Positions 19,519 to 29,480 of a stretch of 61,383 nucleotides of DNA are shown one piece after another. Under the pieces are notes generated by a model, which worked only from the letters and a program-made list of their open reading frames with translations, did no database searches and was not told where the DNA came from. Each line of letters begins with the position of its first letter. The first letter of the stretch is position 1. A program made the position numbers and the translations under genes. The DNA comes from Vulcanimicrobiota bacterium. GTDB lineage: Bacteria; Vulcanimicrobiota; Vulcanimicrobiia; Vulcanimicrobiales; Vulcanimicrobiaceae. Location: contig JASHOM010000097.1 of NCBI GenBank assembly GCA_030041115.1, positions 1-61,383 of the forward strand, given 5' to 3'.

Positions 19519-20704
19519 ACCGCAGTGCCTGGCGATAGAGATAAAAGCGATCGCTCATCGTTCGCTCGCAATCTTCCTCGAGCAATACCTCGGCGAGCCG
19601 CGGAGTCCTCGCGAGCTGCTCGAAGAGCAGCCCGAAGCGGCGCGGCTGATGCTCGAGGTAACGCATGATGCGAACGCGATGCGCAAGCCGCCGCCGGAAG
19701 CGCGCCGCGATCAGCGCACCGTAGCGCGCGCTCGCACGCCGTGCGTCCTTTCGTTCGCTCGCGATCGCGTCGGCAGCGAAACGGCCGCTGAGCGCGGCTT
19801 CAAATATTCCTTCGCCGTTGGTGGCATCGACGAAGCCCGCCGCGGTCCCGCCGATCAGCACGCCCTCCTCGGCGACGTTCGGCCGCGGCATCCCGCCGTA
19901 GAGCAGATGTCCCTCGGTCTTGACGGCGCGCACGCCGGCGTTGGGATAGAGCCGATGGCGCACTCGTTGCGTAAATTCGTCCAACTCCTCGCGCAGCGGA
20001 CCGGCACCGATCTTTCCCATGACGCCGAGTCCGATCGCCAAGTGATCGCGCTTGGGAAACATCCACGCCACGATCTGCCGTCCGTCGCGCGCCGCATAGT
20101 AATGCAGCTCGAGTGTCCGATAGGCGACGGCGGCCGCCGCGCCGTTCAGGTATACCCGATGCTGTAAGGTGGTCAGCAGCCCAGTGCGCCAGCGCGCCAT
20201 CGCGAGTTTGCCGAAGGCGGGCGCGTCGAGTTGCGCCGTCGCTCCGGGCGCGAAAAAGATTCGGCCGGCCGCGACCGTTCGTCGTTCGCCTGCGCCCAGG
20301 TCGGCGTACTCCACCACGATGCGCCCGCGCTCGCGGCGCATGGTACGGAAGAGTGCGCGCGTTCGAATCTCCGCTCCCTCGCGAGCAGCGAGGTCGGCCA
20401 GCATGCCGTCGAGCTCTTCGCGCGTCGTCGTGTGACCCGGTCCGAATGCGATCGCGTGTTCGGCACCGCGCGCGTCGAAGAGCGCGAGGCGCGGCGTATC
20501 GCAGTGGACGATCGCGCGCGGGACCCCGAACGTCTCACAAAAGCCCGGCCGCAAGCCCGCGGCGCAGACCCGTTTAGCGCCGACCACCGCGTCGCGCTCC
20601 AAAACCAGCGTTTCGACCCCCGCGCGGGAGGCTTCGCGGGCCGCGATCGCACCGGCCGGTCCACACCCGACGACCAGGAATTCCGTGCGTTCGACCTGAC
20701 CCAT
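19487..20704 (-). CDS. Geranylgeranyl-reductase-family FAD-dependent oxidoreductase
   Basis: ATG 20704: MGQVERTEFLVVGCGPAGAIAAREASRAGVETLVLER (GxGxxG dinucleotide fold). Its 3' end overlaps the sigma gene start by 32 nt. Confidence 0.7.
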   Translation of the reverse strand: MGQVERTEFLVVGCGPAGAIAAREASRAGVETLVLERDAVVGAKRVCAAGLRPGFCETFGVPRAIVHCDTPRLALFDARGAEHAIAFGPGHTTTREELDGMLADLAAREGAEIRTRALFRTMRRERGRIVVEYADLGAGERRTVAAGRIFFAPGATAQLDAPAFGKLAMARWRTGLLTTLQHRVYLNGAAAAVAYRTLELHYYAARDGRQIVAWMFPKRDHLAIGLGVMGKIGAGPLREELDEFTQRVRHRLYPNAGVRAVKTEGHLLYGGMPRPNVAEEGVLIGGTAAGFVDATNGEGIFEAALSGRFAADAIASERKDARRASARYGALIAARFRRRLAHRVRIMRYLEHQPRRFGLLFEQLARTPRLAEVLLEEDCERTMSDRFYLYRQALRFGFRTFASRG

Positions 20705-20819
20705 CCGGTCATTTTCGGCGCCGGGCTGGGATAGGACTTGCGCCCGCCTCCGGAGTAGCCAAGCCGGTCGGCCCGCCGGGCCGGTATTTTTGCTCCGCCG
20801 TATTCTTTGAAGGATAGGA

Positions 20820-22925
20820 ATGACCGCACAAACAGCGATCGTAGCCGGACTCATTGGAGGCGTCCTCGCGGTGCTCTACGGGATCGGGCTGACCTTCTGG
20901 GTGCTCGCGCAACCGGCCGGCAACCAGCGCATGCAAGAGATTGCCGCCGCGATCCAAGAAGGCGCGATGGCCTTCCTGCAGCGCCAGTATCGCACGGTTG
21001 CCATCGTCGCGATAATTCTGGCGATTATCATTTTCTTCGCCCCGACGCTTGGCAAGGAAGCCGCCGTCGGCTTTCTGATCGGCGCGATCCTTTCCAGCGC
21101 AGCCGGATTCATCGGAATGATCGTCTCGGTACGCGCGAATGTTCGCACGGCCGAGGCCGCGCGCGGCGGACTGGCCCCCGCGCTGAAGGTCGCGTTTCGC
21201 GGCGGCTCGGTGACGGGCATGCTCGTCGTCGGCTTAGGGCTGTTGGCGGTCTCCGGATATTACGCCATATTGCAAGCCGTGAACCATGGCGACTCGACGA
21301 TGTCGCTCAACGCGATGATCGGGCTCGCGTTCGGCTGCTCGCTGATTTCCGTCTTCGCTCGACTGGGAGGCGGCATTTACACGAAGGCGGCCGACGTCGG
21401 TGCCGACTTGGTCGGCAAAGTCGAAGCGGGCATCCCCGAGGACGATCCGCGCAATCCGGCCGTGATCGCCGACAACGTGGGCGACAACGTCGGCGATTGC
21501 GCCGGCATGGCCGCCGATCTTTTTGAAACGTATTGCGTCACGACGGTCGCGGCGATGCTGCTCGGCAATCTCCTTTTCGGCAACAAATTGCCGGGCGCGA
21601 CCACGTTTCCGCTCTTCCTCGGGGCCGTCTCGATCGTCGCTTCGATCGTCGGCGCCGCTTTCGTCGGCGTCGGCGGGGTCCGGCGCACGAAGATCATGGC
21701 CGCGCTCTATCGCGGCATGAGCGTGGCGGGAATCCTCTCGCTCGTCGGTTTCTATTTTGTCTCGGGCAGTGTATTCGGCGGCGAAACGGTCCTCAGCGAA
21801 CGCGGAATCTTCCTCTCGGCCGTCATCGGCGTCATCATCACCGGGCTGATCACGCTCATCACCGAGTACTACACGGGCTCGCAGTTCGCGCCGGTGCAGC
21901 GCATCGCCAAGGCCTCGATCACGGGGCATGCAACCAACATCATCGCCGGCCTCGCGGTCTCGATGCAGGCGACCGCATTACCCGCCGTCGTGATCGTCCT
22001 GGGCATCCTCTTCAGCTATGGGCTTGCCGGAGTCTACGGCGTCGGCATCGCGGTGATGGCGATGCTCTCGATGGCCGGCATCGTCGTCGCGATCGATTCG
22101 TTCGGTCCGATCACCGATAACGCGGGCGGAATTGCGGAGATGGCGGAGCTGCCCGAGGACGTGCGCTACGTCACCGATCCGCTCGACGCGGTCGGCAATA
22201 CGACGAAGGCCGTCACGAAAGGTTATGCGATCGGTTCGGCCGCGCTGGCCGCGCTCGTGCTCTTCGCGTCGTTCCTGCAGCAGCTAACCAATCACAAGTG
22301 CGGAATCGCCCAAGCGCCGCAGTGCATCGAGGGCGTTCGCAATCTCTTTGCCGTCGGCAACCCGTTCGTTCTCGCCGGCTTGTTCGTCGGCGGACTGCTG
22401 CCGTATCTCTTCGCGTCGCTTTCGATGGAGGCCGTCGGTCGCGCCGGCGGCGCGGTCGTCGAGGAAGTCCGCCGTCAGTTCCGCGAGATTCCCGGCATCA
22501 TGGAGGGCACCGCGCGCCCCAACTACGGAACGACCGTCGACATCGTCACGCGGGCCGCGCTGCGTGAAATGATCGTACCCGCGCTGATTCCCGTCGGCGT
22601 GCCCGTAATCGTCATGCTGCTCTCCTACTTCAATATTTTGCCCGGCGACACCGGGCCACAGTTGTTGGGCGGAATTCTCGTCGGCTCCATCATCACGGGC
22701 TTCTTCGTTGCGGTCTCGATGACGTCGGGCGGCGGCGCGTGGGACAATTCCAAGAAGTTTATCGAAGACGGGAACTACGGCGGGAAAGGCTCGACCGCGC
22801 ACCGAGCCGCGGTCACCGGCGATACGGTCGGCGATCCCTATAAGGACACCGCCGGCCCGGCTATCAACCCGATGATCAAGGTGCTCAACATCGTGGCCCT
22901 CTTGCTCGTCACGTTCCTGCGTTAA
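20820..22925 (+). CDS. hppA: Membrane-bound proton/sodium-translocating pyrophosphatase
   Basis: 701 aa. [62 protein letters not shown] are canonical H+-PPase motifs. Confidence 0.95.
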   Translation: MTAQTAIVAGLIGGVLAVLYGIGLTFWVLAQPAGNQRMQEIAAAIQEGAMAFLQRQYRTVAIVAIILAIIIFFAPTLGKEAAVGFLIGAILSSAAGFIGMIVSVRANVRTAEAARGGLAPALKVAFRGGSVTGMLVVGLGLLAVSGYYAILQAVNHGDSTMSLNAMIGLAFGCSLISVFARLGGGIYTKAADVGADLVGKVEAGIPEDDPRNPAVIADNVGDNVGDCAGMAADLFETYCVTTVAAMLLGNLLFGNKLPGATTFPLFLGAVSIVASIVGAAFVGVGGVRRTKIMAALYRGMSVAGILSLVGFYFVSGSVFGGETVLSERGIFLSAVIGVIITGLITLITEYYTGSQFAPVQRIAKASITGHATNIIAGLAVSMQATALPAVVIVLGILFSYGLAGVYGVGIAVMAMLSMAGIVVAIDSFGPITDNAGGIAEMAELPEDVRYVTDPLDAVGNTTKAVTKGYAIGSAALAALVLFASFLQQLTNHKCGIAQAPQCIEGVRNLFAVGNPFVLAGLFVGGLLPYLFASLSMEAVGRAGGAVVEEVRRQFREIPGIMEGTARPNYGTTVDIVTRAALREMIVPALIPVGVPVIVMLLSYFNILPGDTGPQLLGGILVGSIITGFFVAVSMTSGGGAWDNSKKFIEDGNYGGKGSTAHRAAVTGDTVGDPYKDTAGPAINPMIKVLNIVALLLVTFLR

Positions 22926-22936
22926 AGTACCGGCGA

Positions 22937-22957
22937 TAGGAGCCTGTAGGGCTCCTA
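22937..22957. terminator. Hairpin between convergent hppA and the HAF-repeat gene (possible bidirectional terminator)
   Basis: TAGGAGCC-TGTAG-GGCTCCTA, an 8-bp perfect stem. No clear U-tract, and it overlaps the stop codon of the minus-strand gene. Confidence 0.4.
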
Positions 22958-24205
22958 GCTCCCCGGAGTCGCCACGAAGGTCACGTACGTCGCGCCCGAC
23001 GAGGGACACTCGCCGCTAACCAACTCGCAGGCCTGACCCGCGATCTGACCGCTGTCGTTGATGCCTCCGACGCTCACCGGCTCGAGTTGCGGATAAGATT
23101 GCTCAACGAGCTGCGTGAAGTCGGTCATCGCTCCGTTCTGCCAAAGATAAACGTGAGAGCTCGGAAATGAGACGCCGAGCACTGCGCCGCTGTCGTTGAT
23201 CGAGGTCGGTTCGCTGAGCGAGTCGCCCGGGAGCGTCCCGATCTTCGTCGGTGCCTTGAACGGATCGGTCCAGATCACGGAGATGAAGTCCGGATCGCCT
23301 TGCCTGTCGGTCTTGCCGCGCTTGTTGAGAAAACCTACGATCTGTCCCGAATCGTTGATCGCGGTCGGAGTGTTCCACGAGACTCCGCCGATGGTCCTGA
23401 GTGCGATCGGCTTGCCGTTCTTCCACAGCAGCGCGTGATGAGCCGAAAAACTTCCCACGGCCTCATAGCAGATGCCTGAAATGCCCACGACCTCGCCCCG
23501 ACGATTGACGGCGGTCGCGGCGCCGTCGGGATCGGTTTTGCCCTTCACGGTCAGCGTCGGGAGTGCCTTTACTCTTCGCGTCACGGCGTTCCAAACGGCC
23601 GGCAAGAACTGCAGCACTTGGGGTTTGACGCACGTCGAATCGTGCATCTTGGTCTCGGCCCAACCGGCGATCTCGCCGTTTTCGTCCATGCCGGCACCAT
23701 AGCCGTTGTTTCCGCCGAGCGTCGGCAGGTCGTACATGCGGCCGGCGTGCCAGACAAAGGCGAGACACGTTTTTCCCGAACTTCCGTTATCGGGCAGGAA
23801 CGCGTGACAACTCCAGCTCGTACTCTCGCCCAGCGGGTCTTTTCTCGCGGTCTCCGAGATTCCGGAAATGTAACCCCGGTCGTTCTCGACCGGCCACTCG
23901 ACCGCGCTGTTCGGACCGCCGAGCGTCCCAAGATCGGTCACGCGATTTCCCTGCCAAAGCGCGGCATGCATGATCGTGTCGCCGGACAGAAAAGACGTTC
24001 CCATCGGCCGGCCACGATCGTTGATCGAGTTGGCCGCGCTGTTCGTTCCGCCCAGGGACGGCAGGACCGTCACGGTATAGCCGCTTCCCGAGCTTCCGGC
24101 GCGCATCGAGTCGCTCGGCAGGGCGGCGCTGCCGCCGCTCCCCACCGGCGAACAGCCGGCGAGCATCGCAAGAACGATCGTACGCGCTCTGTTTTGGTTT
24201 CGCAC
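22955..24205 (-). CDS. HAF-family extracellular repeat lipoprotein
   Basis: Lipobox LAMLAGC. Repeated units LPSLGGTNSAANSINDRG, LGTLGGPNSA, LPTLGGNNGYGAGMDENGEIAG, INDSGQIVG, typical of the HAF repeat. Confidence 0.7.
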   Translation of the reverse strand: MRNQNRARTIVLAMLAGCSPVGSGGSAALPSDSMRAGSSGSGYTVTVLPSLGGTNSAANSINDRGRPMGTSFLSGDTIMHAALWQGNRVTDLGTLGGPNSAVEWPVENDRGYISGISETARKDPLGESTSWSCHAFLPDNGSSGKTCLAFVWHAGRMYDLPTLGGNNGYGAGMDENGEIAGWAETKMHDSTCVKPQVLQFLPAVWNAVTRRVKALPTLTVKGKTDPDGAATAVNRRGEVVGISGICYEAVGSFSAHHALLWKNGKPIALRTIGGVSWNTPTAINDSGQIVGFLNKRGKTDRQGDPDFISVIWTDPFKAPTKIGTLPGDSLSEPTSINDSGAVLGVSFPSSHVYLWQNGAMTDFTQLVEQSYPQLEPVSVGGINDSGQIAGQACELVSGECPSSGATYVTFVATPGS

Positions 24206-24281
24206 ACTCCACCTCCAGCTTCGGCTTTTGGGCTAAGCCTAGCGGAGGAACGATGCGCCGTCGCCTACGTTCGGGCAGCCT

Positions 24282-25214
24282 GTGACACGTTCGGCCCGTC
24301 GATCGGCGTCACGGCAGGGCATCGTCGCGCGTTCTCTCCAATTCGGCATGTGGCAAGAGCGGGCTTGGAGCAGGCACGAGGATCGCGAGATGGTTTTCCG
24401 CGTTCGCGCGAGCAGCGCGGACCGTCACTGGGACGGCTTCGCCGCCATCCTCTACGACGTCTCGGCCGGTTTCTCGGAGCAGCAGTTCGTCCGTCACAAC
24501 GTCAGCATGCAGGTCGGTCGCCCGCTCTTGGTCACCAGCCGCTGCAACGGCGAAACGATACGGCGGCTTCAGGTGCCCGGTGACGTCAAGATCGTTCCGC
24601 CGGGCGTCCCGCGCGTTTGGGAAACCGAATCGGCGACGACCAAGCTCTCGATGTATCTCAGTCCGTTGCTCATGCTCTCCGCAGCCGAGACGATGGGAGT
24701 CAATCCCGATCGCGTCGCGATCGCCCCACGACTCCACGTTCGCGATCCACGCATCGAGCACATCGGTTGGGCGGTCAAGGCCGAACTCGAGGCGCCGGAC
24801 TCGCTCGGCCGCCTGTACGGCGACAGCCTCGGCATAGCCCTGGCAGCGCACCTCTTGCGCGCGTATGCGCCGCCGGCTGCGAGCGCCGGCGCCGGCAGAC
24901 TCTCGCGCCGCCGTCTCAATCGGGTCGTCGAGTACATTCACGAGAATATCGCCCGGGATCTCTCGCTCTCCGAACTGGCTCGCCTCGCCGATATGAGTCC
25001 GTCCCGTTTCAAAGCCGTCTTCAGGCAATCGCTCGGGGTACCGGCTCACCAATACGTGATTCGTCACCGCGTCGAATGCGCCGCGGACTTGATCGGACGG
25101 GGCACCTTGCCGTTGAGCGACATCGCCGTGGAGGTGGGCTTCGCAAACCAGAGCCACATGGCGCGCTGCATGAAGCGCGTGATGGGCGTTACGCCGGGCG
25201 CACTGCGCTCCTAG
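24282..25214 (+). CDS. AraC-family transcriptional regulator
   Basis: C-terminal HTH_18: LSLSELARLADMSPSRFKAVFRQSLGVPAHQYVIRHRVECAADLI...DIAVEVGFANQSHMARCMKRVMGVTP. Start uncertain. Confidence 0.8.
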   Translation: MTRSARRSASRQGIVARSLQFGMWQERAWSRHEDREMVFRVRASSADRHWDGFAAILYDVSAGFSEQQFVRHNVSMQVGRPLLVTSRCNGETIRRLQVPGDVKIVPPGVPRVWETESATTKLSMYLSPLLMLSAAETMGVNPDRVAIAPRLHVRDPRIEHIGWAVKAELEAPDSLGRLYGDSLGIALAAHLLRAYAPPAASAGAGRLSRRRLNRVVEYIHENIARDLSLSELARLADMSPSRFKAVFRQSLGVPAHQYVIRHRVECAADLIGRGTLPLSDIAVEVGFANQSHMARCMKRVMGVTPGALRS

Positions 25215-25651
25215 ACCTTGACGAGCGCCTCGTACTTTCGAAAGATGACGTAGTAACTTGCAACGATGAAAACGATTGCGAACGCGAGCAGCGCGTCGCC
25301 GACGGTTGCCGAGAGGCTTCCGCGTTGCGGCATCAGCTCGCGCACTCCGAAGCGCAGGACGAAGGCACCCACGAAGATTGCGAGCGTCGCCCACGACGAC
25401 CCGAGGTACATCACCCCCGGCCGATCCGTCGGGCGCACGTCGGTGTGCACGCCGCGCAGCACGCCGAACGGAAGGCCGGCGAGGCCGCCCACCGCCAGGC
25501 CCGCCGCAATCTCGAACGGCGGAGTCGGGTTCAGCATGTTGTTGGCATAGATCACCCACGTCGTTAGCACGCATAGAACGAGCGGCGCGACCCACATGCG
25601 GGTGACGCTGATTCGTTGAGGGCGCAAGAGACGAACGGCGAGCAGCGCCAC
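25211..25651 (-). CDS. Small integral membrane protein (DUF1453/CcdC-like)
   Basis: 146 aa with 4 predicted TM segments. The open frame continues upstream to the rplL stop without a canonical start, so the true start is uncertain. Confidence 0.45.
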   Translation of the reverse strand: MALLAVRLLRPQRISVTRMWVAPLVLCVLTTWVIYANNMLNPTPPFEIAAGLAVGGLAGLPFGVLRGVHTDVRPTDRPGVMYLGSSWATLAIFVGAFVLRFGVRELMPQRGSLSATVGDALLAFAIVFIVASYYVIFRKYEALVKV

Positions 25652-25711
25652 GACTAACAGCAGCGGCAGCAGTTGCGCCCAAACAGGGACGCTTTGCCCG
25701 GGTTGCCCCGT

Positions 25712-26086
25712 TTATTTGATCTCCACTTTGGCGCCGGCCTCTTCGAGCTTCTTCTTCACTTGCTCGGCTTCGTCTTTGGTCACGCCCTCTTTGACTGCCT
25801 TGGGCGCGCTCTCGACGAACGCCTTCGCTTCGGTGAGGCCGAGGCTGGTCAGCTCGCGCACCGCCTTGATGACCTTGATCTTCTCCGCACCGATCTCGGC
25901 GAGAATCACGTCGAACTCGGTCTTCTCGGCTTCGGGCGCGGCGGCACTGCCGCCGGGAGTCGCGGCCATCATCGCAACCGGCGCGGCGGCCGAGACGCCG
26001 TATTTTTCCTCGAGCTGCTTGACGAGGTCCGCCAGCTCGAGAACGGTGAGCTTGTCGATCTGTTCGATGAGTTCGGGAACTGCCAT
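25712..26086 (-). CDS. rplL: 50S ribosomal protein L7/L12
   Basis: [36 protein letters not shown]...[24 protein letters not shown]...AGAKVEIK. Confidence 0.95.
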   Translation of the reverse strand: MAVPELIEQIDKLTVLELADLVKQLEEKYGVSAAAPVAMMAATPGGSAAAPEAEKTEFDVILAEIGAEKIKVIKAVRELTSLGLTEAKAFVESAPKAVKEGVTKDEAEQVKKKLEEAGAKVEIK

Positions 26087-26104
26087 GATATGTCGTTGTC
26101 CTTA

Positions 26105-26635
26105 CTAAGCGGTTGAAGCCGCGCCGGCTTTTTGCTCGCGAATGCGCTCGAGCACGCGAACGAGTCCACTCTGATTTCCGGAAAGGACCGTGACGAGCCC
26201 GCGGATCGGATTCGCGAGTGTTCCGACGAGACTTGCGATGAGTTCAGATTTGGGTGGAAGCTTGGCGAGCGTCTCGACTTGCTTCGCGTCGACGACTTGA
26301 CCGTCGATGTACGCCGCTTTGACCGCGACGCGTTTGACCGTGTCGCTGAAAGTCTTGAGCGCCTTCGCGGGTGCGACGGGGTCGGCTCCGGCGAAGACGA
26401 TCCCCGTCGGGCCGGCGAGGAAGCTCTCGAGCCGTGCCGCAAGATCGCCCGCGGCAATGCGAAAAAGCGTGTTCTTGACGACCGAGTACGTGTTGCCGTC
26501 TTTGCGAAGCTCGCGCCGGAGCTTGGTCAGCTCCTCGACCGTCAAGCCGGTGTAGTCGGTGAGGAATAGGCTTTTTGCGCCGGCGAGTCTTTCGGTGAGC
26601 TCCCCGACGGCGGCTTCTTTACGGGCGGTCGGCAT
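26105..26635 (-). CDS. rplJ: 50S ribosomal protein L10
   Basis: ATG 26635: MPTARKEAAVGELTERLAGAKSLFLTDYTGLTVEELTKLRRELRKDGNTYSVVKNTL. Lies immediately upstream of rplL. Confidence 0.9.
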   Translation of the reverse strand: MPTARKEAAVGELTERLAGAKSLFLTDYTGLTVEELTKLRRELRKDGNTYSVVKNTLFRIAAGDLAARLESFLAGPTGIVFAGADPVAPAKALKTFSDTVKRVAVKAAYIDGQVVDAKQVETLAKLPPKSELIASLVGTLANPIRGLVTVLSGNQSGLVRVLERIREQKAGAASTA

Positions 26636-26667
26636 AGGTTGGTTCTTCCAGTTTGGCGGCGTGCGAT

Positions 26668-26696
26668 GAAACGAAAAGCGCCCCGTGAGGGCGCTT
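26668..26696 (-). promoter_or_regulatory. Terminator-like hairpin in the rplJ 5' leader (candidate L10-leader attenuator)
   Basis: Minus strand reads AAGCGCCC-TCACG-GGGCGCTT followed by TTCGTTTC, ending ~33 nt upstream of the rplJ ATG. No minus-strand gene lies directly upstream that it could terminate. Confidence 0.4.
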
Positions 26697-26788
26697 CCTT
26701 CAAAATCCGCGTCGCGTTCGGCGACCCGGAAATTTTCCACCTGCGTCCTCAGTAGTCAGAATTAAGGCCTTGCGGCCGGCTACGGTCT

Positions 26789-27454
26789 TTGGAGCCGTCG
26801 GCTAGACTACCACAGGATGCCCGGGGAACGCAAGCCGCGCGCCGAAGGCGTTTGCTCGTCGTGACCTTCCGGCCCGTCCTCGACCATGCGCTCGACCTGC
26901 TCAGGGCCGGGAACGCGCGCTTTGTCGCCGGCACGCCGCAGCACGAGCCGTACGGGCCGCGGATCGCCGCCCTGGCCGCCGGGCAGCATCCCTTCGCGAT
27001 CGTTCTGGGCTGCTCCGACTCGCGCGTGCCGGTCGAAACGATCTTCGACCAAGTGCCCGGCAAGGTCTTCGTCGTGCGTGTCGCGGGAAACTTCGTCAAC
27101 GACGATAACCTCGGGTCGATCGAATACGCGGTCGACGTTTTGAAGGCGAGGCTGGTCGTCGTCCTCGGACACAGCAACTGCGGGGCCGTCAGCGCCGCGC
27201 TCGCGTTCGTGCGCGATGGTACGGTTCAGCGTAGTCGAATCCAAGGCATCGTCGAGGCGGTTGCGCCCGCGGTCCGCGCGACGCGCGACCTTCCGGGCGA
27301 TTGGCTCATCAACGCCGTGGAGCGAAACGTCGCGCTCAACGTGCAAGCGCTGATCCGCGGGTCGCCGATCATCGCGGAGCTGGTCGAAGCCGGTGAAGTA
27401 GAGGTCATCGGTGGAATCTACAACGTCGGCACCGGCGTCGTCGCATTCGCGTAG
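26789..27454 (+). CDS. Beta-class carbonic anhydrase
   Basis: LLRAGNARFVAG...PFAIVLGCSDSRVPVETIFD...VVRVAGN...VVLGHSNCGAV (CxDxR ... HxxC zinc ligands). Start uncertain. Confidence 0.85.
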   Translation: MEPSARLPQDARGTQAARRRRLLVVTFRPVLDHALDLLRAGNARFVAGTPQHEPYGPRIAALAAGQHPFAIVLGCSDSRVPVETIFDQVPGKVFVVRVAGNFVNDDNLGSIEYAVDVLKARLVVVLGHSNCGAVSAALAFVRDGTVQRSRIQGIVEAVAPAVRATRDLPGDWLINAVERNVALNVQALIRGSPIIAELVEAGEVEVIGGIYNVGTGVVAFA

Positions 27455-29291
27455 CGGCCGGCTGAGAGCCGCCGTCAATTTCGTCTGCGAGCGCCTTCCG
27501 CTCGCCGTCGTCGCGATCGGCACGATCTTGATGGTGATCGTTTTCGTCGTGGTCGAGGACAACGCGACGCACATCGGCTATTATCCGATCGTCTTCGAGC
27601 GCGATGCCGACCAGGTCGAGGTGGAATCCGGCGCGACGCTCGGCAACGAGCTGCAGACGGGCGACCGTGTCGATCTGCAGGCGTTGACGCCGCCCCAACG
27701 CTTCTCGCTTTTGGCGGGTGCCCGGGCGCAAAGCCGAATCGTGCTGCACGCGTTGCACGGCGATCGAAGCGCACCGGTCGCTTTGACGGCAAGCTCCATC
27801 GACAACTCGCCGCGCGCCAAGCTCACTCGCGACGTCGGCACGCCCTTGTGCTTCTTCCTTTCGCTGGCGCTGGCCAGCGCGCTCTTCTTGATCCGGCCGC
27901 GCCCGATCACGCTCGCTTTCTATTTCTATACGATGCTCATGCTCGTGAAGGTCAATCAGACCGCGCTTGACCTCGCTAGCTGGCCCATCAGCCTTTTCAG
28001 CGACCTGGCGGTCCAAGTCGTCTACCCGCTGGCGCAACTGATGATCCTGATTTTCGCCCAGCGGCTCTACGGCCGTGAAAGCCGCGCGTGGCCGTGGTTC
28101 TTCGGCAGCGCCGTCGCCTTGTCGGCCGTCGTATTCGTCGCGTGGCTCAATCCGATCGTGTGGACGGTTTTTCAGCGGTACGCGATCCCCGGACCGACCA
28201 CGCTCTTCATGAGTCTCTCCGACGCTTTGCTCTTGATCGTCGTGCTCTCCGGGCTGGCCTACATTGCGTCAGGGGCAACGGGAATCGCGCGCGGTCGCGT
28301 CAACTGGGTCATCGCCGGCATCGCGCTGGCGCCGATCCTCGATCTCACGTGGGCCATCACCAACGTGATCAGCACGCTCGCCGGGAACTCATCCAGCCTT
28401 TTATTGACCCTGCAGCACTGGACCGATGCGCTGGGCCCCTGGTTCGGTCTTGCCGGTTCGGTTTTCGTCGTTTACGGCTTTCTCTCCGAACGGGTCATCG
28501 ATTTCCGCTTTGCCATCGGACGCGCCGCGATCTACGGCGGCATTACCGGCGTTATGCTGCTCTTCTTCGGCATTCTCGAGTGGTGGGCCGAGCAGGTCTT
28601 CGAAAGCACGCGCCCGGCGATTTATGTGAGCCTCTTCGCAGCCCTTTTGATCGGCTTTACGCTCAACGGATTGCACGGCCGCGTCGAAAGCTTCTTGAAC
28701 GCGTTCTTCTTTCGCGATCAACATCGGGCGGAAGAGGCTCTGCGCCACGCCTCGCGCGCGCTGGCGAACACGTCGTCGGAGAAAACGCTCATCGAGTTCT
28801 TGGTGGACGAGCCCGTGCGTGTGCTCGGCCTCACCTCGGCCGCGCTGTTTCTCGCCGAACGTGACGGCGGCATCTTTAGCCGCCGGGCCGATTGCGGCTG
28901 GACCCGTCGAGAGACCGAGCGGATCGACCCCGAAGACCCGCTGATCGTGGAGCTGCGCGCCGAGCTCGCCCCGATCGTGCTCGACGGCCGCCCGCGCGCC
29001 GAAACGATCTTACCCGGAGGAGCGCAGGCGCCCTCGATCGTCGTTCCTCTGCTCATGCGCGGCAGCGTCTTCGGCTTCGTCTTCTATGGACCGCGCAGCA
29101 ACGGCACGCCGCTGACATCCGACGAACGCGCGCTATTAGAAGGAATCGCGCGCAGCGCCGGTGCGGCGTACGATCATATCGATGCGGACAAGGCGCACGC
29201 GCGCATCCGCGAACTCGAGGCTCAGCTACGGCGCCTTGAACCGCCGACGCCGATTCCGCCCGCCTCCGGCATCTCCGCGACAGAGCCATGA
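27411..29291 (+). CDS. Multi-pass membrane protein with C-terminal GAF-like sensor domain
   Basis: ~8 hydrophobic segments, then LIEFLVDEPVRVLGLTSAALFL...SIVVPLLMRGSVFGFVFYGPR...LTSDERALLEGIA, which is GAF-like. No kinase or GGDEF output domain seen. Start uncertain (overlaps the CA gene end). Confidence 0.6.
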   Translation: MESTTSAPASSHSRSGRLRAAVNFVCERLPLAVVAIGTILMVIVFVVVEDNATHIGYYPIVFERDADQVEVESGATLGNELQTGDRVDLQALTPPQRFSLLAGARAQSRIVLHALHGDRSAPVALTASSIDNSPRAKLTRDVGTPLCFFLSLALASALFLIRPRPITLAFYFYTMLMLVKVNQTALDLASWPISLFSDLAVQVVYPLAQLMILIFAQRLYGRESRAWPWFFGSAVALSAVVFVAWLNPIVWTVFQRYAIPGPTTLFMSLSDALLLIVVLSGLAYIASGATGIARGRVNWVIAGIALAPILDLTWAITNVISTLAGNSSSLLLTLQHWTDALGPWFGLAGSVFVVYGFLSERVIDFRFAIGRAAIYGGITGVMLLFFGILEWWAEQVFESTRPAIYVSLFAALLIGFTLNGLHGRVESFLNAFFFRDQHRAEEALRHASRALANTSSEKTLIEFLVDEPVRVLGLTSAALFLAERDGGIFSRRADCGWTRRETERIDPEDPLIVELRAELAPIVLDGRPRAETILPGGAQAPSIVVPLLMRGSVFGFVFYGPRSNGTPLTSDERALLEGIARSAGAAYDHIDADKAHARIRELEAQLRRLEPPTPIPPASGISATEP

Positions 29292-29480
29292 CGAATCCGC
29301 TCGCAGAAGCGCCCAACGAGCTTGGCAGTGTTATTTAACGCGGCGGTCGGGCTGGTCGAGATACTGATATAACAGCCGTTAGTTGTAGATAGTCATCGCG
29401 CTGAAGTTTTCGCCGTAGCCGATCGAGCAGCGCGCTAGGAGCTTTCGTCGGGCGCGGCGTTCGGCTGAGTCCATGGACAG

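Noticed and set aside
24309-25682. 457-aa minus-strand ORF
   Set aside because: Antisense to the AraC regulator and out of frame with the small membrane protein gene. No motifs.
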